Assembly (NCBI GenBank): GCA_039186435.1
Contig: JBCDAA010000001.1
Coordinates: 2,433-66,432, forward strand
DNA: 64,000 bases
Reading direction: 5' to 3'
From: Myxococcota bacterium
Lineage (GTDB): Bacteria; Myxococcota_A; Polyangia; Polyangiales; Houyiibacteriaceae
The translations under genes were made by a program, and so were the position numbers. Every line of letters starts with the position of its first letter. Position 1 is the stretch's first letter. This document shows positions 37,491 through 45,892 of this stretch, one piece after another. Under the pieces are notes generated by a model. That model was not told where the DNA came from, ran no database searches, and saw only the letters and a list, made by a program, of their open reading frames with translations.

Positions 37491-38594
37491 ATGCCTGCTT
37501 CCGACGCCCCCATTCTTGTCACCGGCGCCGCCGGCCACCTTGGCGCCAACCTCGTTCACGAACTCGTGGGCCGCGGCGAGCGCGTTCGCGTCCTCCTTCG
37601 CGCCGAAGAAAACAACGAAGCCGTTGACGGTCTCGATGTGGAGCGCGCCTTTGGCGATCTCCGCGACGCGAGCTCCCTGAAGATCGCGGTCGATGGCTGC
37701 CGCCAGGTCTTTCACGTCGCCTCGATGGTCTCGACCCTCGACGGTGACTCGGCGCACAAGCGAACCATCTACGACACGAACGTGATGGGGACGCGGCACC
37801 TTCTGCACGCCGCGCAGCGCGCCAACGTCGATCGCTTCGTGCTGACGAGCTCCTTCAGCGCCGTTGGCTACGACCAGGATCGCACGGACCTGCCCTCCGA
37901 CGAGACGAACCAGTTCTTCCCCTTCATTCAGGCGATGCCCTACGAGCGCACCAAGGTGCTCCAGGAGCACGAGCTGCTGAAGGCGGTCGCGGAAAACGGC
38001 ATGGACGCGCTCATCGTCACGAGCTGCGCCATCGTTGGCGGCCACGACTACCTGCCGTCGCGCATGGGCCGAACGCTCTGCAAGATGGCGAACCGTGAGC
38101 AGCGCGCCTACGTCGATGGCGGTTTCGAGTTCGTCGCTGCGCGCGACATCGTTGCCGGTCATCTCCTCGCGATGGAGCGCGGCCGCAAGGGTCACAAGTA
38201 CATCGTCGCGACGCAGTTCATGACCCTCGACGATATTTTCGACATTCTCGAGGAGATTACGGGGCAGCCCCGACCCAAGTACCGCATTCCAACCAAGGCG
38301 CTCCTTCCGGTGGCCGAGGTTGTGAGTCGCGCGCTCTACGCGCTGAACCCTTCGTTCCCGCAGCTTTTGACGCCAGGCGCGATCCGCAAGCTTCGTCCGC
38401 GCCGTCACGCCGACACGAGCAAGGCGCGGCGCGAACTTGGCTTTCGCCCCTCGTCGCTCGAGGAAGCGTTTCGCGAGGCCTACGCGTTTCATTGGAAGCG
38501 CGGCGCTATCACGCACCCCGGTGCGAAGCGACCGAAGGTGGCGGCCGCGTCGAAAACGACCGTCTCCCCGACCTCCATTCCCATTCACGCGTGA
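37491..38594 (+). CDS. Extended SDR, 3-beta-hydroxysteroid dehydrogenase/NAD-dependent epimerase family (SdmB-like candidate C4-demethylation reductase/decarboxylase)
   Basis: ILVTGAAGHLGANLVHEL Rossmann motif and PYERTK (YxxxK). 10-nt gap from the upstream gene and 5-nt gap to the Rieske gene. Confidence 0.8.
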   Translation: MPASDAPILVTGAAGHLGANLVHELVGRGERVRVLLRAEENNEAVDGLDVERAFGDLRDASSLKIAVDGCRQVFHVASMVSTLDGDSAHKRTIYDTNVMGTRHLLHAAQRANVDRFVLTSSFSAVGYDQDRTDLPSDETNQFFPFIQAMPYERTKVLQEHELLKAVAENGMDALIVTSCAIVGGHDYLPSRMGRTLCKMANREQRAYVDGGFEFVAARDIVAGHLLAMERGRKGHKYIVATQFMTLDDIFDILEEITGQPRPKYRIPTKALLPVAEVVSRALYALNPSFPQLLTPGAIRKLRPRRHADTSKARRELGFRPSSLEEAFREAYAFHWKRGAITHPGAKRPKVAAASKTTVSPTSIPIHA

Positions 38595-38599
38595 ATCTG

Positions 38600-39763
38600 A
38601 TGAGCCGTATTTACACGCAAGACCCGAGTCGTCGTCCGCCGACCTTTGAGGAAGCGCGCAACACGCGCCAGAAGGTGCGCGCTGCCGGGATGCATCCCGA
38701 CTATTGGTATCCCGCTCTCTGGGAGGGGGACCTCAAGGCTGGCGAGGTTAAAGAGGTCGTCTTTTGGCGGCGTAGCATCGCGGTCTACCGCGGGGATGAC
38801 GGTCAGGTGCGAGCGGTCGAGAACCGCTGCGCGCACCGGCAGCTGAAGCTCACCGGCGGCTTCGTCGAAGGCTGCAACCTGGTTTGCCCGTACCACGGCT
38901 GGAGCCACAACGGTGAAGGCAAGGTGGTCGACATTCCGCACTCGCTCTTCGGAAAGAAGTACCCGAAGTTCAAAGTGCCCGCCGTGCCGGTCAAGATTCG
39001 CTACGGCGTCATCTGGATCTTTCCGGGCAATCCCGACAAGGCGGAGACGGTCGCGCTCCCGGAGATTCCGGAGCTGGAGGGCCGTGATCCCTGGGCGCAC
39101 ATCGCGGTCGACTACACCGTGTCCGCGCACCACTCGATGGTGATCGACAACGTTTCCGACTTTACCCACGCCTACCTTCATCGGCGCTTCAAGCCCTTCT
39201 CCGACGCCCAGCTTCTCCGCTACGAGCTCATCGGTGACACCATCGAGCTCGAGTACAACACCAAGGTGGGCCGCGGCCGCTTCAGCGGGCTCTTCGTGGA
39301 TCGCAAGAGCGTCGACACCGAGCACATGAAGCTCGCCTTCGAGTATCCGTACCAGCGCTCCAACACCGACGACCAAATCAAGCACTGGCTCTTCGTGCGG
39401 CCGATCGACGAGCGCACCACGGCGACCTTCTATATTTTCTATTTCCGAAAGTTCACGATTCCGTTCACGAGTCGTGCGATTCCAAAGCCCATCCTGAGAA
39501 CCTTCCTTCGCATCGCGAAGAAGATGACGGTGGGACCGCTGCTCCAGGAAGACGCGGACGCCGTCGACGCCGAGCAGCGCGGTTACGAAGACCATTTCGA
39601 CGCTCCGATCGCGGAGCTCAATCCGGTCGTCAAAGCGTTTCAGTCGCTGACGATTCGGAAGTGGCAGGAGTACCTGGACAGCCAGGGCAAAACCTCCCTC
39701 AAGAAGAAACCAAAGAAGACGAAAACCCCGGCCGCCACCGGTTCCACAACGGCGAACGCGTAG
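38600..39763 (+). CDS. Rieske [2Fe-2S] non-heme iron oxygenase (SdmA-like candidate sterol C4-methyl oxidase)
   Basis: Rieske CAHRQLKL...CPYHGWSH. Mononuclear iron motif DNVSDFTHAYLH. Start set to ATG 38600 (MSRIYTQ). Confidence 0.85.
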   Translation: MSRIYTQDPSRRPPTFEEARNTRQKVRAAGMHPDYWYPALWEGDLKAGEVKEVVFWRRSIAVYRGDDGQVRAVENRCAHRQLKLTGGFVEGCNLVCPYHGWSHNGEGKVVDIPHSLFGKKYPKFKVPAVPVKIRYGVIWIFPGNPDKAETVALPEIPELEGRDPWAHIAVDYTVSAHHSMVIDNVSDFTHAYLHRRFKPFSDAQLLRYELIGDTIELEYNTKVGRGRFSGLFVDRKSVDTEHMKLAFEYPYQRSNTDDQIKHWLFVRPIDERTTATFYIFYFRKFTIPFTSRAIPKPILRTFLRIAKKMTVGPLLQEDADAVDAEQRGYEDHFDAPIAELNPVVKAFQSLTIRKWQEYLDSQGKTSLKKKPKKTKTPAATGSTTANA

Positions 39764-39772
39764 GAGACAACG

Positions 39773-41056
39773 ATGGAAGAGCGCAGCTCACGGATTCCCG
39801 GTTTCTATCGCCTTGACGTGACGTCGCGGCACCACGAGCTCCAAAGCCGCTTTGGGCTGACGAGCGACGAGGTCGACATTCTCCGGGACGGCAGCCGTCT
39901 CGACGTCGGTCGCGCGGACAAGATGGTCGAAAACTGCGTCGGCGTCTTCGGACTGCCGATCGGTCTCGGTCTCAACTTCCTCGTGAACGGCCAGGACTAT
40001 GCCGTACCGATGGTGGTGGAGGAGCCGAGCGTTGTGGCCGCGGTCAGCAACATGGCGCGCACGGTGCGTCAGGTGGGCGGCTTCACAGCGGACGCGGACG
40101 ACTCGCTCATGATCGGCCAGGTGCAGATCGTGGAGACGCCGGACCCGGCCGACGCCGTGGAGCGCTTGAAGGCCGCGCGCCAGGCGATCCTCGACAAGGC
40201 CAACGCCGTGCACCCAAACATGAAGCGTCGTGGCGGCGGCGCGCGGGAGATCGAGGTTCGTCTCTTCGAGGAGCCGTACCCGATGATCGTGCTTCATCTG
40301 ATCGTCGACTGCGGCGAGGCGATGGGCGCAAACGCGATCAACGCGATGGCCGAGGGCGTCGCGGGTCTGGTGGAAGAGCTCAGCGGCGGCCGTGTGAACC
40401 TCCGCATCCTGTCGAATCTCGCCGATCGGCGCTGCGCGCGCGCACACTGCCGCATTCCAGAGCTGCTCCTCGCGGGCAACGGCTTTAGCGGCACCGAGGT
40501 CGCTGAGGGCATCGTGCAGGCGTACCGCTTTGCCGCGGTCGATCCCTACCGCGCGGCGACCCACAACAAGGGCGTCATGAACGGCATCGACGCGGTCGCG
40601 ATCGCGACCGGCAACGACTGGCGCGGCGTCGAAGCAGGAGCCCACGCTTTTGCCGCACGCGACGGGCGCTACACCTCGCTCACGCGCTGGTGGCGGGAAG
40701 ATGGTCACCTTCACGGTTCGATCGAACTTCCGATGGCCGTCGGCGTGGTCGGCGGGAGCACGAATGTGCACCCCACCATCAAGGTGATGCGAAAGATCCT
40801 CGCCATCGAAAGCGCTGCGGAGCTCGGCATGGTGATGGCGGCGGTCGGTCTTGCGCAGAACATGGGCGCCCTTCGTGCGCTCGCGACCGAAGGCATTCAG
40901 CGCGGTCACATGAGCTTGCACGCGCGGCAGATCGCGCTCGCCGCGGGCGCCGAGGGCAAGCAGGTCGAGAAGATCGCGGACCAGCTCGTCGCCATGGGCA
41001 AAGTAAAGATCGACGTCGCGCGGGACCTTCTCGAAGGTCAGCAAAAGGTCAGCTGA
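39773..41056 (+). CDS. Class II HMG-CoA reductase
   Basis: ENCVGVFGLPIGLGLNF, VEEPSVVAA, GEAMGANAINAM, THNKGVMNGIDAVAIATGNDWR. 427 aa with no membrane domain. Confidence 0.92.
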   Translation: MEERSSRIPGFYRLDVTSRHHELQSRFGLTSDEVDILRDGSRLDVGRADKMVENCVGVFGLPIGLGLNFLVNGQDYAVPMVVEEPSVVAAVSNMARTVRQVGGFTADADDSLMIGQVQIVETPDPADAVERLKAARQAILDKANAVHPNMKRRGGGAREIEVRLFEEPYPMIVLHLIVDCGEAMGANAINAMAEGVAGLVEELSGGRVNLRILSNLADRRCARAHCRIPELLLAGNGFSGTEVAEGIVQAYRFAAVDPYRAATHNKGVMNGIDAVAIATGNDWRGVEAGAHAFAARDGRYTSLTRWWREDGHLHGSIELPMAVGVVGGSTNVHPTIKVMRKILAIESAAELGMVMAAVGLAQNMGALRALATEGIQRGHMSLHARQIALAAGAEGKQVEKIADQLVAMGKVKIDVARDLLEGQQKVS

Positions 41057-43125
41057 TGCAAAGCGCCGCGGACGTGCTCGCGCGGGGGACCCGGCGCCTG
41101 GTGGACCTCCAACTCGATCCGCGTGACGGTGAGACACGCCCCGAGCGAAGCGACCTCCCCAATAAATACTGGGAAGGGGAGGACATCTGGAACTCCATGC
41201 TCGCCGCGCAGTTCGCGCTCGCGTGGCACATCATGGAGCGTCCTCTCAGCAAGGAACGCCGCGAGCGCATCCTGACCCAGTTTCGCCACGAGCAGCTTCC
41301 GGGCGGGCTCTGGGGCATGCATCGCTTTGGCGAGCCTTCGCTCTTTGTGACGACGCTGGTGTACGTCGCGAGTCGCACGCTTGGCGTGTCGGCGAACGAC
41401 CCCTTCCTCGCGCCGGCGCGCGCGTTCTTCGCCCAGGAAGACGTTCTCGAGATTCCGAGTTGGGGCAAAGCCTGGCTGGCGCTGACGAACCTCTACGAGT
41501 GGTGGGGCGTTAACGCCGTGCCGCCCGAGGCGTGGCTTTTGCCGGAGCGTTTTCCGCTGCATCCGGCGAACTACTACTGTCATACGCGCCTCATCTACAT
41601 GGGCATGGCGAGCGTCTTCGGGTTGAAACTGCAGGCGCGGCGGACGGCGCTTACCGACGAACTTCGCGATGAGCTTTACCCCGGCCGAGACTACCGGCGG
41701 CTGGATTTTGCGGGCAGCCGTCACGCGCTTCGCAAGGGCGACCTTTGGGCGGCGCCGACGCGCGCGCTCCGCACCATGTACAACGCGGTGAATGTCTTTG
41801 AGCGCTTTCACGCACCGGCCCTTCGGCGCCGCTGCCTGAAGACGCTTCGCGAGCGGATGCGCTGGGAGCTTCGCTCGAGCGACTACACGTGTCTTTCGCC
41901 GGTCAACGGTCTGCTCTTCATGCTCACGCTTTGGGCGTGGGATAAGCACGACGAAGTGCTCCAAAAGCAGGTCGCGCGCTTCGACGGCTGGATCTGGGAA
42001 GACGACGAGGAAGGGCTTCGCGTTTGCGGCGCCCGGAGCGCGACCTGGGACACGAGCTTTGTGCTTCAGGCGCTGAGTGCGGCGCGGCCTTCGCTGCCGA
42101 AAGGCGCCGCGGACGACGCGCTCGTTAGCGGTCTCGGCTGGCTGAAGACGCAGCAGATGCACGGTCCGGTGACCGGCGACAAAGACGACTACAAAAAAGC
42201 GTATCGCCTCGACCCGACCGGCGGCTTTTGTTTTGCCGGCGTATGGCACGGCTGGCCCGTGAGCGACTGCACCGCCGAAGCGCTCTGCGCGTTTCTCGAA
42301 GCGCCGCGGGATCTCTTTCAGGCCGACCGACACGCGGTCGAAGCCGGGATTCGTTTCCTGCTTCAGTGCCAGAACAAAGACGGCGGCTTCGGCAGCTACG
42401 AGTCGCGCAAAACGCACGTAAATCTCGAGTGGATGAACCCCGCCGAGATGTTCGGCGACTCGATGACGGAGCTCTCCTACTACGAGTGCACCGCATCGAA
42501 TCTCATCGCGCTCGCGGAGGTGCGAAAGCGCTACCCGAATCTGCTTCGCCGGGAGATCGACCGCGCCATCGAGCGCGCCGAAACGTACCTGCGGCAGTCG
42601 CAGAACGCGGACGGAAGCTGGAACGGCGCCTGGGGCGTCGCGTTTCTCTACGGAACGCTCTTTGGCATACGTGGTCTTCGTGCCGCGGGCGCGCTGGAGA
42701 ATGACCCGGCCATCGAGAGCGCGCGTGCCTTCGTTCGCAAGCACCAGCGCGAGGACGGAAGTTGGGGCGAGCACTGGCGGACCTGTCTGACGGATCGCTA
42801 CGAGGATCTCGGCCACGGCCACGTCGTGCAGACGGCCTGGGCACTCCTTGCGCTACTGGAGTCCGGCGAGGACGACGCGAGCGTTCTCGAGCCCGCGATG
42901 CGCTGGCTTTCGGACGCGCAGCTCCCGAATGGGGACTGGTCCGAGCAGGAGTTCGCTGGCGTGTTCTTTCGAACCGCCCTCATCGAATATCGACTTTATC
43001 GCCGGATCTTCCCGGTTTGGGCCCTGGCGCAGTACGAGGCGCTTCGCGCGACGCGTGAGAAGGCCCACCCGAAGACCGCGCCGATCGCCCCGAGCACGCT
43101 AAAGGAACACCATGTCAGGTCTTAG
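41056..43125 (+). CDS. Oxidosqualene cyclase (lanosterol/cycloartenol synthase family)
   Basis: Catalytic VSDCTAEAL (DCTAE, not the SHC DxDDTA). Several QW repeats (QNADGSWNGAWG, QREDGSWGEHW, QNKDGGFGSYE, QLPNGDWSEQE). ATG 41056 overlaps the HMGR stop (TGATG). The upstream part of ORF 40690.. is an out-of-frame overlap of HMGR. Confidence 0.92.
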   Translation: MQSAADVLARGTRRLVDLQLDPRDGETRPERSDLPNKYWEGEDIWNSMLAAQFALAWHIMERPLSKERRERILTQFRHEQLPGGLWGMHRFGEPSLFVTTLVYVASRTLGVSANDPFLAPARAFFAQEDVLEIPSWGKAWLALTNLYEWWGVNAVPPEAWLLPERFPLHPANYYCHTRLIYMGMASVFGLKLQARRTALTDELRDELYPGRDYRRLDFAGSRHALRKGDLWAAPTRALRTMYNAVNVFERFHAPALRRRCLKTLRERMRWELRSSDYTCLSPVNGLLFMLTLWAWDKHDEVLQKQVARFDGWIWEDDEEGLRVCGARSATWDTSFVLQALSAARPSLPKGAADDALVSGLGWLKTQQMHGPVTGDKDDYKKAYRLDPTGGFCFAGVWHGWPVSDCTAEALCAFLEAPRDLFQADRHAVEAGIRFLLQCQNKDGGFGSYESRKTHVNLEWMNPAEMFGDSMTELSYYECTASNLIALAEVRKRYPNLLRREIDRAIERAETYLRQSQNADGSWNGAWGVAFLYGTLFGIRGLRAAGALENDPAIESARAFVRKHQREDGSWGEHWRTCLTDRYEDLGHGHVVQTAWALLALLESGEDDASVLEPAMRWLSDAQLPNGDWSEQEFAGVFFRTALIEYRLYRRIFPVWALAQYEALRATREKAHPKTAPIAPSTLKEHHVRS

Positions 43126-44101
43126 TCGAGACGCTTTTCAGGACACCGTTCGCGAGTACCGCGGCCTTCACGACGACTCGGACGTCGAGACGCGCAAGGC
43201 GCAGTACACGACCCTGGTCAACCAGTACTACGACCTGGCGACGGACTTCTACGAGTTCGGCTGGGGCCAGCACTTTCATTTTGCGCCGCGCTTCAAGCAC
43301 GAGAAGTTTCTCGACTCGCTGCATCGCCACGAGCGTTTTCTCGCGCGCAAGCTTCGCCTCTACCCGGGTCAGGAAGTCCTCGACGTCGGCTGTGGCGTGG
43401 GCGGTCCCGCGCGTTACATCGCGAAGCACACGGGTGCATCGATCACCGGCGTGAACAACAACGCCTACCAGATCGAGCGCGGCCAGCGGCACACGCGCCG
43501 CGCAAAGCTCGCGCACCTCGTTCGCTTTCAGAAGGCGGACTTCATGGAGCTCCCCTACGAGGACGATCACTTCGACGCCATCTACACGATCGAAGCGTCC
43601 TGCCACGCGCCCGACCGCGTGAAGCTTTTCGAGGAGCTCCGCCGGGTGATGAAGCCGGGCGCGGTCTTCGGCGGCTACGAGTGGTGCCTCACGGATCGCT
43701 ACGACGCGGACAATCCCGCCCACCAGAAGATCAAAAAGGACATCGAGGTCGGCAACGGCCTCCCGGACCTTTCGCACACCTCGGTGATCGATCGCTCCCT
43801 CGAGAAAGCCGGCTTCGAGCTGATCGAGACCAAGGACCTGGCGCCGACGGGCGACCCCCAGACGCCCTGGTACCTCGCGCTCACGGGCGGCGACCTGTCG
43901 CTTTCGAGCATTCCGCGGACGCCCATCGGTCGCGAGATCACCAACGCGGTCACCGTGATCCTGGAGAAGCTTCGCCTCGCGCCGAAGGGCACCAAGCAGG
44001 TCAGCGACTTCCTCAACGAAGGCGCAGACGCGCTGGTGGCCGGCGGTGAGACCGGCACCTTCACGCCGATGTACTTCTTCCTGGTTCGCAACCCCGGCTG
44101 A
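43112..44101 (+). CDS. Sterol C24-methyltransferase (ERG6/SMT family, SAM-dependent)
   Basis: YYDLATDFYEFGWGQHFHF (SMT region I), SAM motif VLDVGCGVGGPARYIA, IEASCHAPD, and a C-terminal sterol-MT region. Overlaps the OSC 3' end by 14 nt. Confidence 0.9.
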   Translation: MSGLSRDAFQDTVREYRGLHDDSDVETRKAQYTTLVNQYYDLATDFYEFGWGQHFHFAPRFKHEKFLDSLHRHERFLARKLRLYPGQEVLDVGCGVGGPARYIAKHTGASITGVNNNAYQIERGQRHTRRAKLAHLVRFQKADFMELPYEDDHFDAIYTIEASCHAPDRVKLFEELRRVMKPGAVFGGYEWCLTDRYDADNPAHQKIKKDIEVGNGLPDLSHTSVIDRSLEKAGFELIETKDLAPTGDPQTPWYLALTGGDLSLSSIPRTPIGREITNAVTVILEKLRLAPKGTKQVSDFLNEGADALVAGGETGTFTPMYFFLVRNPG

Positions 44102-44213
44102 CGATTAGGCCGTCGCGCAGACGCCGCTTTCGGAAACGGTCGATGGGCCCATCCCCGAAGCGTTCACGGAGTTTGCTCCGAAGCGCGGCGAGGAGAGGGC
44201 CTTTCGTGTGTTG

Positions 44214-45767
44214 CTAAACGACGGACTCGACCCGCCGAATGCCCTTGCGGGAAACCACAACGCGAATACGCCGCCACGGAGCGCTCTCGTCCTTTGCGGT
44301 GCGTAGGCGATACACGATGGCGATGTTGTACACCCGCGGCGCGACGGCGGAGTAGATGTGGCGGTCGTCCGGATCCGCGAAGACGATCCGCTGCTTGGGG
44401 TCGTCTGTGTGCATGAGCCAGCGCTGAAGGTCGAGGCGAAAGACCTCGGTGATGGCGACGAAGCGATCGTCGCACTTGCCGATGCTCTCGGGATCCCAGC
44501 GGCAACGCTTTTGGTGCCAGAGAACCGCTTCGGGACGCGCATGCCGTTCAAGGTCGTGGGCGCGCGTGCTGTTTCGAACCGCCAGCACGTCCTCAGGCAG
44601 CTCCGCGCCTTTCACAAAGCTAGACCGTTCCTGAACGGTACCCACCGTCTGCTTCGACTCGGGTTCGCTCACTCGCCAGCGACGATCGGGAAGACGACGA
44701 GCCACCCAGCGGGAGAACACGCCCTGCAGAGTCGCCTTGATGCGGTCCTTGCCGGCGTAGGCGAGCATGACGATCGTCGCCCACGCCCAGAGGTCGCCGA
44801 GGCGGCGCCAGGTCGCACCGTGATAGGCCGCCATGATGATGGCGAAAGCCATCGCCAAGGATGCCGCCACCGCGTAGAGAATCTGCAGCGTAAGGCGCCC
44901 TCCCTCAGCGACGTCGCGGTGCAGATGAAGCACCGACGCACTGAAGCGCTTGAGCAAATGCCGGCGAAACTCAAGGTGTTCGACGTCTCGTTTGTCAACG
45001 GTGGCCGTACCGACGCCGTCCATCTCGCGATCGCGACGGTAGCGCGCTTCTCGAACCGCGCTTGCCGCAATGCGTGAGGCGACCTTCTGGTGGCCGGCTT
45101 CGCGCAGCTGCAGCGAGAGCGTGGCGAGCGTCGTCTCGATGAGAACGGAAAGGTCCTCGTCGATGTACTGCGCCGCGACCAGGGTGGCGTCGCTTTGGCA
45201 CTGGTCGATCGCCTCGCGAACCCGCAGAAGAAGCTGTCGGCTTTGAGACGCGAGGGAGAGCGCAGCGCTCGGCGCGGTTTCTTCGCCAAGTTCGAGGAGC
45301 TCTTGAATGTGCCGGCGCGCCGCGCTGATCGACGTGCGCACGCAGCTCGCAAAGATTCGGAGCTCGCGCAGCGCGATCGCGTCCGGGCGCGTCACCGCAA
45401 TCGGAAGACTCTTCGCCTGCTCGACGAGCTCGTCGAGAGGACGTCCGGCAACCGCAAAGCGCACGTAGCTGTGGAGGTCTTCGTAGATATGTCCCTTGCC
45501 GTACGTGTGCTTATTGACGCGCAGGCTGTCGGGAACGAAGAAGTAGGCTTCCCAGACGTAGTCGCGTTCGCCCTTCTTCGTGGGGTAGTCGATCGCGAAC
45601 TCGAGGTGCGTCCGGTCGTGGACCCGCCACTGCGGCGGGCTGTCCCCGGGGCTGAGCTCACCAAGAAGAGAAGCCCATTCCGTGGGAGGTGCGAGCGTGC
45701 TCCGCAAGGGGGCCGCCCGAAGTTGCGCCTCGGCGCGCCGCTTGGCTGTGGACGCCACGTCTGTCAC
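44214..45767 (-). CDS. Hypothetical membrane protein (helical N-domain, 2 TM helices, C-terminal domain)
   Basis: 517 aa with a GTG start. TM pair LTLQILYAVAASLAMAFAIIMAAY / LWAWATIVMLAYAG. No family recognised. Convergent with the sterol methyltransferase gene. Confidence 0.6.
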   Translation of the reverse strand: MTDVASTAKRRAEAQLRAAPLRSTLAPPTEWASLLGELSPGDSPPQWRVHDRTHLEFAIDYPTKKGERDYVWEAYFFVPDSLRVNKHTYGKGHIYEDLHSYVRFAVAGRPLDELVEQAKSLPIAVTRPDAIALRELRIFASCVRTSISAARRHIQELLELGEETAPSAALSLASQSRQLLLRVREAIDQCQSDATLVAAQYIDEDLSVLIETTLATLSLQLREAGHQKVASRIAASAVREARYRRDREMDGVGTATVDKRDVEHLEFRRHLLKRFSASVLHLHRDVAEGGRLTLQILYAVAASLAMAFAIIMAAYHGATWRRLGDLWAWATIVMLAYAGKDRIKATLQGVFSRWVARRLPDRRWRVSEPESKQTVGTVQERSSFVKGAELPEDVLAVRNSTRAHDLERHARPEAVLWHQKRCRWDPESIGKCDDRFVAITEVFRLDLQRWLMHTDDPKQRIVFADPDDRHIYSAVAPRVYNIAIVYRLRTAKDESAPWRRIRVVVSRKGIRRVESVV

Positions 45768-45823
45768 AAAGCTGACACATTGGGCGTATTAGTCAAATGA
45801 TTTCAATGGAGTGATTGTGACAG
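45761..45823. promoter_or_regulatory. 9-bp perfect inverted repeat (CTGTCACAA ... TTGTGACAG) bracketing an AT-rich patch at the 5' end of gene 44214..45767
   Basis: Arms at 45761-45769 (overlapping the GTG start) and 45815-45823. The 45-bp spacer is unusually AT-rich for this window (gtattagtcaaatgatttcaatgg). Confidence 0.35.
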
Positions 45824-45892
45824 AGGTGGGTCGTTGCTCGACGAGCGTAGCCAGCCGCTCCTGGGCCCTTTCGGCGAACCGTTTGTTGGCGT

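Noticed and set aside
34154-37549. 1131-aa minus-strand ORF opposite the squalene monooxygenase/synthase fusion gene
   Set aside because: It has no domain motifs and a shadow-frame composition (Arg/Ala/Val/Glu runs). The plus-strand frame has clear FAD and SQS signatures, and operon-level coupling supports the plus strand.
40690-41055. N-terminal 122-aa extension of the cyclase ORF (ORF track 40690..43125) and the antisense ORFs 39788..41137 and 41038..42822
   Set aside because: The extension is an Arg-rich out-of-frame read of the HMGR 3' end. ATG 41056 (MQSAADVL) overlaps the HMGR stop, giving a normal-length cyclase. The antisense ORFs lack motifs.
41056-43125. Squalene-hopene cyclase, with 37491..38594 as hopanoid-associated HpnA, as an alternative reading of the cluster
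   Set aside because: The cyclase has the VSDCTAE motif typical of oxidosqualene cyclases rather than DxDDTA. The cluster encodes a squalene epoxidase domain and an ERG6-type sterol methyltransferase. No hpn radical-SAM or nucleosidase genes are present.
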